Both the position numbers and the translations under genes were made by a program. DNA of 64,000 nucleotides from an uncultured Gammaproteobacteria bacterium (GTDB taxonomy: Bacteria; Patescibacteriota; Microgenomatia; Daviesbacterales; UBA10151): contig CAYUPO010000007.1 of assembly GCA_964446685.1 (NCBI GenBank), positions 233 through 64,232 of the forward strand, written 5' to 3'. The notes beneath the pieces are model-generated. The model was not told the DNA's origin, did no database searches, and was given only the letters and a program-made list of their open reading frames with translations. Below are positions 30,124 to 39,951 of this stretch, piece by piece. Position 1 is the first letter of the stretch. Every line of letters starts with the position of its first letter.

Positions 30124-33100
30124 TTTACTTTATATATAACCACTTCATCATTTTCGAAAAGCTTTTCTATTCCGACTTTACCTTCATCAAGTAAACCGGT
30201 TGTTTTTTTAGGAAGATAAATATAGCTGATATTATTGTCACTTAACAGTTGATGTGAATTGATTGTTCCTTTAAGTATTTCTCTGGTTGTATTAACTCTG
30301 GCTTTATAATCAATCCCTAAAATATCCAAATTAATTGAGTCAGCTAAGAATGATGGTTTGCCTGAAAAAGCACTGACATATGATGTAGAAGCATATGCAA
30401 ATAATGGTTTCGGTGCAACATATTTTTTAGTCAGCTTTTCCTCAAACACTGGCGACAAAACAATTCCGTCAGGAGCACTGGCTAACTGTTTTAAGGCAAC
30501 TGCTTCCTGGGTGGACAATTTAGCTGGCGGTCTTTTAGGCAGATACTGACTAAGCGTATTTAGACTAGTAGGAATTGTTAAAATAACTACTATGGCAAGT
30601 GTACTCCAGGTCAACAGTTTTGGAATTCTAGTTACAGATCCAATCACCAGTCCGGCAAAAACAGCCTGAATCATCAAAGTATAGTAAAAGAACTGAACTA
30701 TATTCCATCCTGTCCCTTCCTGCAAAAACAGTAAAGCCAAAATCAGACCTAATCCACTAAGAAGCGAAAGCAATCCAAACCGCAGAAAAATTTTAGGATT
30801 TAAAAAAGCAATTGCCCGAAAACCCAGATTACCAATTATAAACAAAACAATTCCTATACCATATGCTGCGATAACTTTATACCAGACACCTGACTGCATC
30901 GTCATCAGTAATCTCACCCACCCCAATCTATCTTCTGATTCAACCATTGTCCTGACCAGCCATAATGGAGAAAATGTTATCAGCTGATTACTACCTGCGT
31001 TATTAGGCAGAAAAACCAGTAAAGAAAGCGCCAAAGTTAATCCGGCAACAACCACAAACAAAAACTGTTTTTGGAATATTTTAAAAACTGTGATTATTCC
31101 TAAAGATCCAAGCATTAAGATCCCGGCATAAGCCTTAAATTCAATCAAAACTCCCCACACCAAAACAATTAACAGCCCTTTTTCTAAAACCTCCTTTTTC
31201 TTACTAAAATCAGTGGAATAATAAAGATATATTCCGGCAAACAAAAGCACTAGTGAAATGGCAAACGGCGGATTAAGCAAAGTTGAAACAGATTGTTGAG
31301 CCCAAAAAGTTGTTTCACCACCAAAACTACGATCCTTAAAAAACGATACTATCCAGCCAAAACTACCTCCAAAATAAACAAAAAACAAAGCCACCAACCC
31401 CGCGAGTTTTGCTCTGGCATCAGAAAAAGCCATCTTTTGTCCTAATAACAGCGTTAGATGATATACCAAAAGTCCCAGTGAGATACTAATTAGAAGCGGA
31501 AAGAATCTAAACAAGACATTCTGTGGATCAATACTAAACATTAAAACAGCTTTGGCAGCCAAAAGATCAAAGAAATAATGGTAATTCTCCAGAGGTTGAC
31601 CTGAAAAAACAAAATTTTGAGGAGGCACACTTTTTGTTAAGGCATTGATCAGCTGCAGATGCCAGATAGCGTCATGACCATTTGGACCCCAATAACCAAA
31701 GCCGTAATTAAATAACAAACCATTTTTAAGCTGAGTCAACATCCAGCTTAAGGAACCAACAACAATCAAACCCCAGACAATCAGTGAGTTTTTTTCAATG
31801 TATATTTTTGGTAATTCATTTTTCCACCAAAAACCGGCAGCTACAGCAACAAGTGGAACAAGCCAAAGTAGAAAACCTAACTCAATTACAGACAATAAAA
31901 ATGCCAGTAAAGTAAAAACAGCTATGCCAACAGGTAACGCTAATAACAATCTTTTAGACAAAACAAATCCGGGTATAATCAAAAATAAAATCACAAATAC
32001 TAAAAATTTAAATCCATCCAGCAGCAGCCCTGGTAAGATTTGTGACCACTCAACTTTGGATATGAAATCTTTTTCATCCTGATTAACAATTGTATTGGTA
32101 TTTTGAGAGCTCTCTACAGCATTTAAAATGGCTGTGGAAATTGTTTTAATATCATCATCTACTTTTATGTCATTAGCTAAAAAAGAAATCTTTCTAATCA
32201 GACCGGCACCATTCTTATACTGAATATTCAATGCTTCATTTGTTTGGCTAACCTGATAATCAGTTACTTTCCCTTCATCCAACACCCATCTTGTACCAAA
32301 ATTCACTTCATCAATCGCCTGATTGGCACTAAAACCAAGCTTTAAGGCCTCGCAGGCAGCTTTCAGACATGCTTCCTCTACTCCGTCATTAAATTGCCGC
32401 AAGTCCCTGACTATAACTCCTTCATTGTTTACAAACAGTCCCACCCGGTATTTTTCTGTTTGGTACCAAACCACTTTTCCATCACTTCCCAAAGGATCAT
32501 CCGATGAAATTAATACTTTGGGAGATAATTTAGGATTAGCTAATTTATATGCCTGAGCGAAGTGCTGCATTGTTACGACCCGGACATTTTGTGTCTGTAG
32601 ATTTGCCACGTGTTCTACCTGTTTGCTGTATTCAGCACCAAATTTATTCCAGTCAAAATCATTTTCCAGTCCTACAACCACCTGAGGATACGGCAAAATC
32701 AGTTTCTTAAAATAATCAATTCCCAAATCATGCAGCAGATAGTCATTAGACTGTACAGAATAAGTGCTTTCAAAAACGCTGTTACCATATCCATTAAACG
32801 GGTCACGTCCCGCCCATTGGATTGTAGTAATTCCAATTTTTTCTCCTTCTGAAGATGCTGGCATTAATGCGTTTCTTTTGCTTGGATAAAATGGTGAAGA
32901 CCAGTATTGTCCCCAGACTTGGTAACCATCAGTTGAAAATTGGTCCGAAACATCCATATTTACTTCGACCTGGTACTTATCATGCAGATACTGCAAAGAA
33001 TTAGCATCAATCCACCAGGCACCTACAGACTTGGGGTTATTACCAAAAACCTCTTTATATCTTCCCATCACGGTATCAATTAACTTAATTCTGTCATCTG

Positions 33101-33485
33101 GTGAATAACCGGTCACCAAAACTGATTTAGCAAAATGCCAGTTGGCACTTTGGTTGTACTGCACTCCGGCATCTGTTGTCAGAGTTGGAGTAACTTCCAA
33201 AAAAATACCTGTTTCCTGTTTTGAGTTAAGAGTTTTTAGAAATGAAACAACTTCCGGATTCTTTAATGCATCATATCTGACAAGCCAGGTCGCCTCTAAA
33301 TTATTTTTATTTATCACTTCCGATTGTTTCTTAGGAGTATCCAAAATCCCATACGGATACTCCCAAAAATCCTGTCCCCGGATTGGATTCACAATTGTAA
33401 TCTGTTTTTGTTCCTGGGCAAAAACAGCTGGAACAAAACAATTTATCCCAACAAACAAGGCTAAAATAAGTAAAAATTTATGCAT
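30120..33485 (-). CDS. 1121-aa multidomain membrane protein: signal peptide, ~480-aa extracytoplasmic domain (possible carbohydrate-active or deacetylase-like fold), ~12-TM GT-C-like core, and a C-terminal extracytoplasmic domain
   Basis: N-terminal MHKFLLILALFVGINCFVPAVFAQE signal peptide. The long soluble domain is rich in W, Y and D (WWIDANSLQYLHDKYQVEVNMDVSDQF...). The central ~500 aa contain many hydrophobic helices. Confidence 0.6.
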   Translation of the reverse strand: MHKFLLILALFVGINCFVPAVFAQEQKQITIVNPIRGQDFWEYPYGILDTPKKQSEVINKNNLEATWLVRYDALKNPEVVSFLKTLNSKQETGIFLEVTPTLTTDAGVQYNQSANWHFAKSVLVTGYSPDDRIKLIDTVMGRYKEVFGNNPKSVGAWWIDANSLQYLHDKYQVEVNMDVSDQFSTDGYQVWGQYWSSPFYPSKRNALMPASSEGEKIGITTIQWAGRDPFNGYGNSVFESTYSVQSNDYLLHDLGIDYFKKLILPYPQVVVGLENDFDWNKFGAEYSKQVEHVANLQTQNVRVVTMQHFAQAYKLANPKLSPKVLISSDDPLGSDGKVVWYQTEKYRVGLFVNNEGVIVRDLRQFNDGVEEACLKAACEALKLGFSANQAIDEVNFGTRWVLDEGKVTDYQVSQTNEALNIQYKNGAGLIRKISFLANDIKVDDDIKTISTAILNAVESSQNTNTIVNQDEKDFISKVEWSQILPGLLLDGFKFLVFVILFLIIPGFVLSKRLLLALPVGIAVFTLLAFLLSVIELGFLLWLVPLVAVAAGFWWKNELPKIYIEKNSLIVWGLIVVGSLSWMLTQLKNGLLFNYGFGYWGPNGHDAIWHLQLINALTKSVPPQNFVFSGQPLENYHYFFDLLAAKAVLMFSIDPQNVLFRFFPLLISISLGLLVYHLTLLLGQKMAFSDARAKLAGLVALFFVYFGGSFGWIVSFFKDRSFGGETTFWAQQSVSTLLNPPFAISLVLLFAGIYLYYSTDFSKKKEVLEKGLLIVLVWGVLIEFKAYAGILMLGSLGIITVFKIFQKQFLFVVVAGLTLALSLLVFLPNNAGSNQLITFSPLWLVRTMVESEDRLGWVRLLMTMQSGVWYKVIAAYGIGIVLFIIGNLGFRAIAFLNPKIFLRFGLLSLLSGLGLILALLFLQEGTGWNIVQFFYYTLMIQAVFAGLVIGSVTRIPKLLTWSTLAIVVILTIPTSLNTLSQYLPKRPPAKLSTQEAVALKQLASAPDGIVLSPVFEEKLTKKYVAPKPLFAYASTSYVSAFSGKPSFLADSINLDILGIDYKARVNTTREILKGTINSHQLLSDNNISYIYLPKKTTGLLDEGKVGIEKLFENDEVVIYKVK

Positions 33486-34932
33486 TTCTCATTGATTTAA
33501 GATTTAATAATACTTTTTCTCTGGCCAACAAAAACATAAATAATATATAAACTAATCCACCTATAGCCACCGTAACAAGTAGTGATACAAAATCAACCAC
33601 CAGACTCTGGGCAACAAAAAAAGTAACAATAGCCATCACAAAAGACGCCAAAACGGTCTGCCAGATATTTTCCCAAACGGCAATATTAATAGTCCTTTTA
33701 ATGATCATAATTGGAATAATAGATGTAAATGCAATTAATGCTGAAGCATAGCCAACACCAATAAATCCATAATAATAAGTTAGTACCGGCGTTATCACCC
33801 ATTCCAAAGTAGTCCACATAATCATTAATTTTAAGGTAATTCCAATTTTACCGATTGCATTCAAAAAATTGGTAAACGGTGTTGATAATGTGGCCCAAAA
33901 AGCCGTAATTGAGAATAAATAAACCATTGGCAAAGCTGGCTGCCATTTACTGGATACCACATGAGCAACCAGACTCGGTACTATCGCTATCAGTCCAAAA
34001 AGCATCGGATAAAGCATTAGACCGGTTAAAAAAACCGTTCTTTCCAGAGTTCTTTTTAAAGCCTCTTTATCATCCTGTAAGCGGGAAAAGGCCGGAAAAG
34101 AAATCCTGGTCATAATATTCATGACTTCAAGCGCCATAAAAGCCATTGATTGTCCCCAGGTAATGTAACCCACCCCCAATGTGCCAACCATTCTGGCAAT
34201 AACTAAAGGAACCAATCGGTCTTTTAATAATGCCAACAGAGAATTAGCCTGAAAAGGTAATCCGAAATTGATTAATGATCTGGCCGACTCTTTGGAAAAA
34301 CCCAGACTTATATTCCAGGGAGACACTAAATAAATAATGGCAACACCAATAATTCCTCTCGCTAAAACTCCCCAGGCAAAAGCTGAAACTCCTGCTCCGT
34401 TAAAGCTTAACCAAACTAAAATACTGTTAAAAACAGCAGTTTCAGCTATTTCAACCCAGACTAATTTGCCAAAGTTAAGTTCTCTTTCCAATAAAACAGA
34501 GGGAATGACTTTTAACGAAGATAAAAAAAACCCTGCAGCTAAAGCCCGAATCAACCACATTCCATGATTATCTAATTGATAAAACTGAGCCAGTTGGGGA
34601 GCAAAAATAATGAGTACTGTTGAAATAATTAGTGCTAAAATCTGTTGAATTGTAAAGGTGGTTTTTAAATCATTTTGATGAATTTCTTTTTTCTGTATTA
34701 AAGCTGCTGCCAGTCCGATATCCGAAAAATAAGTAAAAAAAGCTAAAATAGAATTTGCTACATTAAAAATCCCAATTGTCGAAACAGGTAAAATCCTAGC
34801 TAATACAATGTTAATCGTGACAAAATTAATTGCCAAAAGTGCTGCCTTACGAAAAGTTAATGTTAAAAACCCGGAAAAAAGTTTTTTATTCACATAGGCT
34901 AAAGAAGTTTTATTATTTTCCTGAGTCTCCAT
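33478..34932 (-). CDS. Wzx-like polysaccharide flippase (Polysacc_synt, MOP superfamily)
   Basis: 484 aa, about 12-14 TM segments; ...ARILPVSTIGIFNVANSILAFFTYFSDIGLAAALIQ matches the Wzx N-terminal consensus. Confidence 0.7.
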   Translation of the reverse strand: METQENNKTSLAYVNKKLFSGFLTLTFRKAALLAINFVTINIVLARILPVSTIGIFNVANSILAFFTYFSDIGLAAALIQKKEIHQNDLKTTFTIQQILALIISTVLIIFAPQLAQFYQLDNHGMWLIRALAAGFFLSSLKVIPSVLLERELNFGKLVWVEIAETAVFNSILVWLSFNGAGVSAFAWGVLARGIIGVAIIYLVSPWNISLGFSKESARSLINFGLPFQANSLLALLKDRLVPLVIARMVGTLGVGYITWGQSMAFMALEVMNIMTRISFPAFSRLQDDKEALKRTLERTVFLTGLMLYPMLFGLIAIVPSLVAHVVSSKWQPALPMVYLFSITAFWATLSTPFTNFLNAIGKIGITLKLMIMWTTLEWVITPVLTYYYGFIGVGYASALIAFTSIIPIMIIKRTINIAVWENIWQTVLASFVMAIVTFFVAQSLVVDFVSLLVTVAIGGLVYILFMFLLAREKVLLNLKSMRNA

Positions 34933-34933
34933 A

Positions 34934-36670
34934 TTAATTAATGATCCTTTTTCTTAATTTAGGAAAGAAACTCATTCCCGCAACAATGGTCAAAGCCAAC
35001 AATGTCACCAAATTTGAAATTATTCTTACTGGCGTATTAAAAAGCTTTCCCGTAACGGAATATTCACCTGGCGGCAGATCTATTCTGAGTCTTCCCCAAT
35101 GATTTTCATCAGTGTGAGGATATTCTTTTCCGTCAACAAAAACTTTCCAGATTGGATATTCAATAATTGGAATCTCAACATTTGCAGTTTCTGCGACTTT
35201 AATCTTAAAACTAAAAGTATCTGATTCCACTTTGTAATCTTGTGTTTCAGCCTTGCCGCTCCTGATCTCTGGCGAATAAGGAGCTCTTCCCTGAGGTTCA
35301 TAATAGGCCGCTTTAGGCAAATAATCTAAAAGTCCCGCCTTTTGTTGAATCTCCCACAAAGGATCGGATAACTTTTGCTGATCATCAATCCAGGGGTAAA
35401 AATCTTTAGGAATAAAAAACTGGTAATTAAGGAAAAAAGTAAGCAGTGATAAGATACTAGCCATAATTAACTGCAGTTTTTTCGGTAGGGAAAATATAAA
35501 AAATCCACCAATTATACTGGAAGTAAAAATAGCGATCGACAAAAATCTCCAGGGAAATTGAGCAAACTGAATCGGTCTGACTGCTTCCCAGAAAAATGCC
35601 GACTTGTTATGCATTAAAATAAGCGACAAACCGAACAAAAAAATAAATCCAGCTGCCAGTACAGTTTCCGTTTTTTTGAGACTGGAAAACTTTTTCAACA
35701 TTAACCAAATTAATACTCCAACACCCGCTATCACCACCCACCAATGAGGCCAGCCGATCTGAAAAGAGATCGTATCCCCATTTCCAAAAACACTGGCACC
35801 ATAATCCCATTTCCTGTCAAAAAAAAGCTGTGGAACAGTCACAAAATGAGCTCTAAAGTCACTCCCCCCTTCCAACAATGTATCTGTTCGAACCAGATCT
35901 TTTTCCAGAAAAACCGGAAAGACAAAAAAAGCTGCCAGTCCAACTCCCAGTAATCCGGCCAACACCACACTATTTATTTTCTTAATACTTAATACTTGAT
36001 ACTTAATACTTAGTATTACTATCCATATTGCCAATATCGGAATAAAAAACATCGTCATGATGTTATGGCACATCAAAAATAACCCTAGTGAAATACTGGT
36101 ACCCAAAAAATTTCCCCAGGTTTTTTGTTTAATTAATCGCAGAAAATAATAAAAAACAAATGGAATAACAGCCAAGGCAAAACTTTCGGCAATCGCCCCT
36201 CTGACATAGCCATCCAAAGCTCTGTAAGGAGCAAACTGATACATCACACCAGCTGTAAAACCGGCCCAGTCTCCATACAGCTCTCTCACCAGCCAATACA
36301 TACCAAATCCACCGATTAAAAGCGGAATAAAAAATAACAATTTAGCAGCTCCGACAAACCCTAAAATATAACTGGCTATTCCTCCTATATAGTAAGGAAG
36401 TACGCTGTAATAATTAAACAGCGGATAACCATTTCCATACCCCATATCAGGAACCCATCTGCATGGTATCTGTCCGGTATCAAAACATTTTCTCATTTCA
36501 AATATCCGCATCACCTGTAAATCATCATGATGAAAGAAATAACCAGGCATCAAAGTTGGCCATAAGATAAATCCGGAAAGTACCAGTAAAATCAGTAAAT
36601 GCCAATAAACTAATGAAATATTTTTAAATTTACTTAGCATCTTTTCTCCTTTTAAATTCATTCCATCCAA
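34934..36670 (-). CDS. Polytopic membrane protein of an uncharacterised GT-C-like family (HHDD..IPCRWVPDMGY motif); paralog A
   Basis: 578 aa. N-terminal FFHHDDLQVMRIFEMRKCFDTGQIPCRWVPDMGYGNGYPLFNYY, then a C-terminal soluble domain. Confidence 0.55.
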   Translation of the reverse strand: MDGMNLKGEKMLSKFKNISLVYWHLLILLVLSGFILWPTLMPGYFFHHDDLQVMRIFEMRKCFDTGQIPCRWVPDMGYGNGYPLFNYYSVLPYYIGGIASYILGFVGAAKLLFFIPLLIGGFGMYWLVRELYGDWAGFTAGVMYQFAPYRALDGYVRGAIAESFALAVIPFVFYYFLRLIKQKTWGNFLGTSISLGLFLMCHNIMTMFFIPILAIWIVILSIKYQVLSIKKINSVVLAGLLGVGLAAFFVFPVFLEKDLVRTDTLLEGGSDFRAHFVTVPQLFFDRKWDYGASVFGNGDTISFQIGWPHWWVVIAGVGVLIWLMLKKFSSLKKTETVLAAGFIFLFGLSLILMHNKSAFFWEAVRPIQFAQFPWRFLSIAIFTSSIIGGFFIFSLPKKLQLIMASILSLLTFFLNYQFFIPKDFYPWIDDQQKLSDPLWEIQQKAGLLDYLPKAAYYEPQGRAPYSPEIRSGKAETQDYKVESDTFSFKIKVAETANVEIPIIEYPIWKVFVDGKEYPHTDENHWGRLRIDLPPGEYSVTGKLFNTPVRIISNLVTLLALTIVAGMSFFPKLRKRIIN

Positions 36671-38318
36671 GTAAAGAAATAATAACCAACGCTACTAAAG
36701 TTGATATATTACCCACTGTCCTAACCGGAGTGTTATCCAGGTGAACATTAATCTGATAATTGCCAACGGGTAAATCAAAACTAATAAGTCCCAGGCAAAA
36801 CTCCTGTCCTCTGCAATCATCATGCCAGTGAGCAATTTTCATTTTTTCCGAAGTTTCAAGATTAGTCGCCGTTACCGCCATACCAGGAAAGTCAAACAAT
36901 GGCAGTCTAAAATTAGCATTTTCGGAAACTCTAATCTGACCATTTTGCCAGTCACTGCCTTTATACCAACTTAAAATTTCCGCTTTACCGTCCATAATTT
37001 CCGGTTTATCCGGAGCTTTTTGGATTGGTGGCAATTTGGCATAAATAGGCAAATAATCAAAAATACTGATTGTTAATTGCTTATCCCATGATTTACCGGA
37101 AAACTTTTGAGTATCATCGATCCTGACCCAATCATGCCCTTTGAAAAACGAACCATACAGTATTAACACTCCAGCAATGACAATAATTCCCAAAACATAT
37201 TCTGCATGAATTAATTTAAATAGTTTAAGTTTAATATCCTGTACAAAAAATACAGCAACTCCTGAAAGCAGCGATAACATAAAAACACTGTCAGACAAAA
37301 ACCTCCAGGGAAACTGCAGATATGCCAGAAAAGGCAATTGAGCCCAAATAAAGGAGGATTTCTGATGAATCATGAAAAGGACAAAAATAGTGACAGTAAA
37401 TAACACCAAAGTCACTATCGCAATCTTAGTATGTTTTCTAAACTGAACCAATGCTAAAAATGCCGCAACAAGTGCCATAATAAAATGAATTTGTCCGGTT
37501 GATAAAGACATGCCATCCCATGGTCCCCAGACACTTGATCCATATCCCCAATAATTGGAAACAAATAACTGATTTAAATCAGCAAAATGCATCCGGTAGT
37601 CAAAGTACCCACCGATTATTGTTTCTAGATGTACAAATGGTCTTTCTACAATGACGGGAAAGATAAAAAACCCGGCCAGTAAAATACCCAATACTCCATA
37701 CCCAAACAGCCATCCAAGTAATTTCAACCTTTTTTCTAAAATAAGCCACATCAGCCCCCAGATTCCGGCCAGTGGCAAAAAAATCAAAGGCATTAAGTTG
37801 TGAGTCATAATTAGTCCACCGACAGATAAAGCTAAAAATAAACCATATTTCTTCTGTCTGGTTTTAATAAACTGATAGATTGACCAAAAAATAAATGGAT
37901 AAAAACTCATCGCCCAGTATTCACTCATTGCTCCTCTGACATAGACATTTGCCGCCTTATAGGGAGCGTAAGTGTATAAGACAGCGGCTACCACTGCCGG
38001 CCACTTACCTAGCCAGGTTTTAATAAAAAGATACATTCCAAAAGCTCCGACTACAAAACCCAAACCAAACATTATTTTTGTCACATCAATAAACTGAAAT
38101 CCTAATAAATGAAAAATTTGTCCCAAATAATAAGGACTTGGCGGATAAAAATTAAATTGAGGGTAGCCATACTGATATCCCATATCGGGAATCCATCTGC
38201 AGGGAATCTGAAAATCCTGAAAACATTTATTCATCTCAAGCATCCTAAATGCCTGAATATCATCATGCATCGAATAAAGTCCACTCTGAAATAAATTAAT
38301 AAATGAAGGAACAATCAA
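36630..38318 (-). CDS. Polytopic membrane protein of the same IPCRW(V/I)PDMGY family; paralog B
   Basis: 562 aa. MHDDIQAFRMLEMNKCFQDFQIPCRWIPDMGYQYGYPQFNFY. Overlaps paralog A by 41 bp; A's true start is probably a downstream Met. Confidence 0.55.
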   Translation of the reverse strand: MIVPSFINLFQSGLYSMHDDIQAFRMLEMNKCFQDFQIPCRWIPDMGYQYGYPQFNFYPPSPYYLGQIFHLLGFQFIDVTKIMFGLGFVVGAFGMYLFIKTWLGKWPAVVAAVLYTYAPYKAANVYVRGAMSEYWAMSFYPFIFWSIYQFIKTRQKKYGLFLALSVGGLIMTHNLMPLIFLPLAGIWGLMWLILEKRLKLLGWLFGYGVLGILLAGFFIFPVIVERPFVHLETIIGGYFDYRMHFADLNQLFVSNYWGYGSSVWGPWDGMSLSTGQIHFIMALVAAFLALVQFRKHTKIAIVTLVLFTVTIFVLFMIHQKSSFIWAQLPFLAYLQFPWRFLSDSVFMLSLLSGVAVFFVQDIKLKLFKLIHAEYVLGIIVIAGVLILYGSFFKGHDWVRIDDTQKFSGKSWDKQLTISIFDYLPIYAKLPPIQKAPDKPEIMDGKAEILSWYKGSDWQNGQIRVSENANFRLPLFDFPGMAVTATNLETSEKMKIAHWHDDCRGQEFCLGLISFDLPVGNYQINVHLDNTPVRTVGNISTLVALVIISLLGWNEFKRRKDAK

Positions 38319-38370
38319 AATGCAAAGCAGAACAAAAAAAATATGCGATTTGAGTAGTTTTAAGACATTA

Positions 38371-39909
38371 TTAATAAGCTGGTTCCTCCCAATAATTAAC
38401 TTTAAATAAGACAGTTGATTCCTGTTTACCTGTTACTGAACGAATTTTTGGAAATTCTTTAACTAGCTCCAAATGTTTGCCAAACTTGTCTTCGCCAGAC
38501 CTATTGGCAACAAAATAAGTTGGATGTTCTTTAGCCGTCTGAACATAGCTGGCTGAAATACTTGACCCTCCCCCAACTACAGCAATTGCGCTAACTTTAT
38601 CAACATAAATCTGCAATCCATCAGGTAATGTACCAAAACTACCTTCAGTTGTAACTACAATATCTTCTTTCTTACTTTCTTCTATCAGATAATCTGCGAT
38701 CTCTTTCAATCCATACCCAGCAGTCCATTCTTCGAGATAACCATTCCTCTCAGCTCTGGGTAAAGGAGCTTTTTCCAAATTTGTATGCAGCAGAAATATA
38801 TAATAAGCTGGCCAGACAACTAACAATAACACAACGACAGATACTACCGTCTTTGCTGAAAATATTTTCGACAGTCTTGTCACCAAATTATCAATTCCAA
38901 ATGAGGCGATCACAATTAAATAAGTTACCGGAAACAAAATATAGCGGGCAGTAAATGTTTTAAGAAGCGCCATTTCAATTCCGAGTGGAATCAGACTGAA
39001 AAGAAGTAGCGCAGCCAGATAAATATGCTTAGATCTGAAGGTTTGCAATACACCCCAGGCTAGTCCGATCAAAACACCCCAACCTAAAAGTGGCGGAAAC
39101 CATTCTTTCAGATCATTAAAATGCGGAATAAACGGATCCCATGGTCTAACAAGCAACATCATCGGAGATAAAACATAATCCTGATTTCTGGAATTTAAGT
39201 TTGAAAAACCAGGTCCTAAACGCAAAATATTATAGATCCCAACACAAATCACGATTGCAACAATCCACAACATAAATAACTGAATAATTCGTTTCTCACG
39301 ACCAATTTTCTTGAAATTAAACACCAAAACAGACAGTGGCATTGTCACAACTGTAAAAAAAGCCGGTGTTTTAGTTAAAAGTGCCCCTCCCATTAAATAT
39401 CCTAAAAGCATTGCTAAATCTATCCGCGGAAATCGAATCAAAAGTAAAGCTACAGCAACTGACCAAATCGAAAAAGCTGCCAACATCGAATCAACCAATG
39501 CCATCCGGTCAAAAAATACAAAATAAGGAGTAATAGCTACCAAAAATGCTGTCCAGAGTCCCACTCTTTTATTTACAAAATAAGTTCCGATAAAAGTCAG
39601 ACCCAATAGAGAACCAAAACCAGAAAAAACCGACAATATTCTGCCTGCAAACAATGGATCTTCAAAAACCTTAAACAAAGGCATCATCGCCCACATAAAA
39701 AGCGGTGTTTTTCCATCACTAAGTGGCAAAAAACGCAGTGTTGGTTCAGCTTTCATGACCTGGGCCCACCTGATATAAATTGCTTCATCAGCAAAAATCG
39801 GTTGGTATGTCAAATTTGGCAGTCTGACTGCAAAATAAATTACAGTAATAAAAAACATCCCTATCAGATACCATTTATTATTTTTAAAAAACTTTCCTAT
39901 ATAATCCAT
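38371..39909 (-). CDS. GT-C glycosyltransferase, ArnT/PMT_2-like
   Basis: 512 aa. IFADEAIYIRWAQVM... DE-containing first-loop motif, multiple TM segments and a C-terminal soluble domain. Confidence 0.6.
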   Translation of the reverse strand: MDYIGKFFKNNKWYLIGMFFITVIYFAVRLPNLTYQPIFADEAIYIRWAQVMKAEPTLRFLPLSDGKTPLFMWAMMPLFKVFEDPLFAGRILSVFSGFGSLLGLTFIGTYFVNKRVGLWTAFLVAITPYFVFFDRMALVDSMLAAFSIWSVAVALLLIRFPRIDLAMLLGYLMGGALLTKTPAFFTVVTMPLSVLVFNFKKIGREKRIIQLFMLWIVAIVICVGIYNILRLGPGFSNLNSRNQDYVLSPMMLLVRPWDPFIPHFNDLKEWFPPLLGWGVLIGLAWGVLQTFRSKHIYLAALLLFSLIPLGIEMALLKTFTARYILFPVTYLIVIASFGIDNLVTRLSKIFSAKTVVSVVVLLLVVWPAYYIFLLHTNLEKAPLPRAERNGYLEEWTAGYGLKEIADYLIEESKKEDIVVTTEGSFGTLPDGLQIYVDKVSAIAVVGGGSSISASYVQTAKEHPTYFVANRSGEDKFGKHLELVKEFPKIRSVTGKQESTVLFKVNYWEEPAY

Positions 39910-39923
39910 TTTATTAACCCCAA

Positions 39924-39951
39924 CTTATCACTTATCACTTATCACTTATCA
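39924..39951. repeat. Heptanucleotide simple-sequence repeat (CTTATCA)4, i.e. (TGATAAG)4 on the coding strand
   Basis: Four perfect tandem units cover the stop codon of 39935..41377 (it encodes ...SDK*) and the whole 25-bp gap to the start of 38371..39909. Confidence 0.8.
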
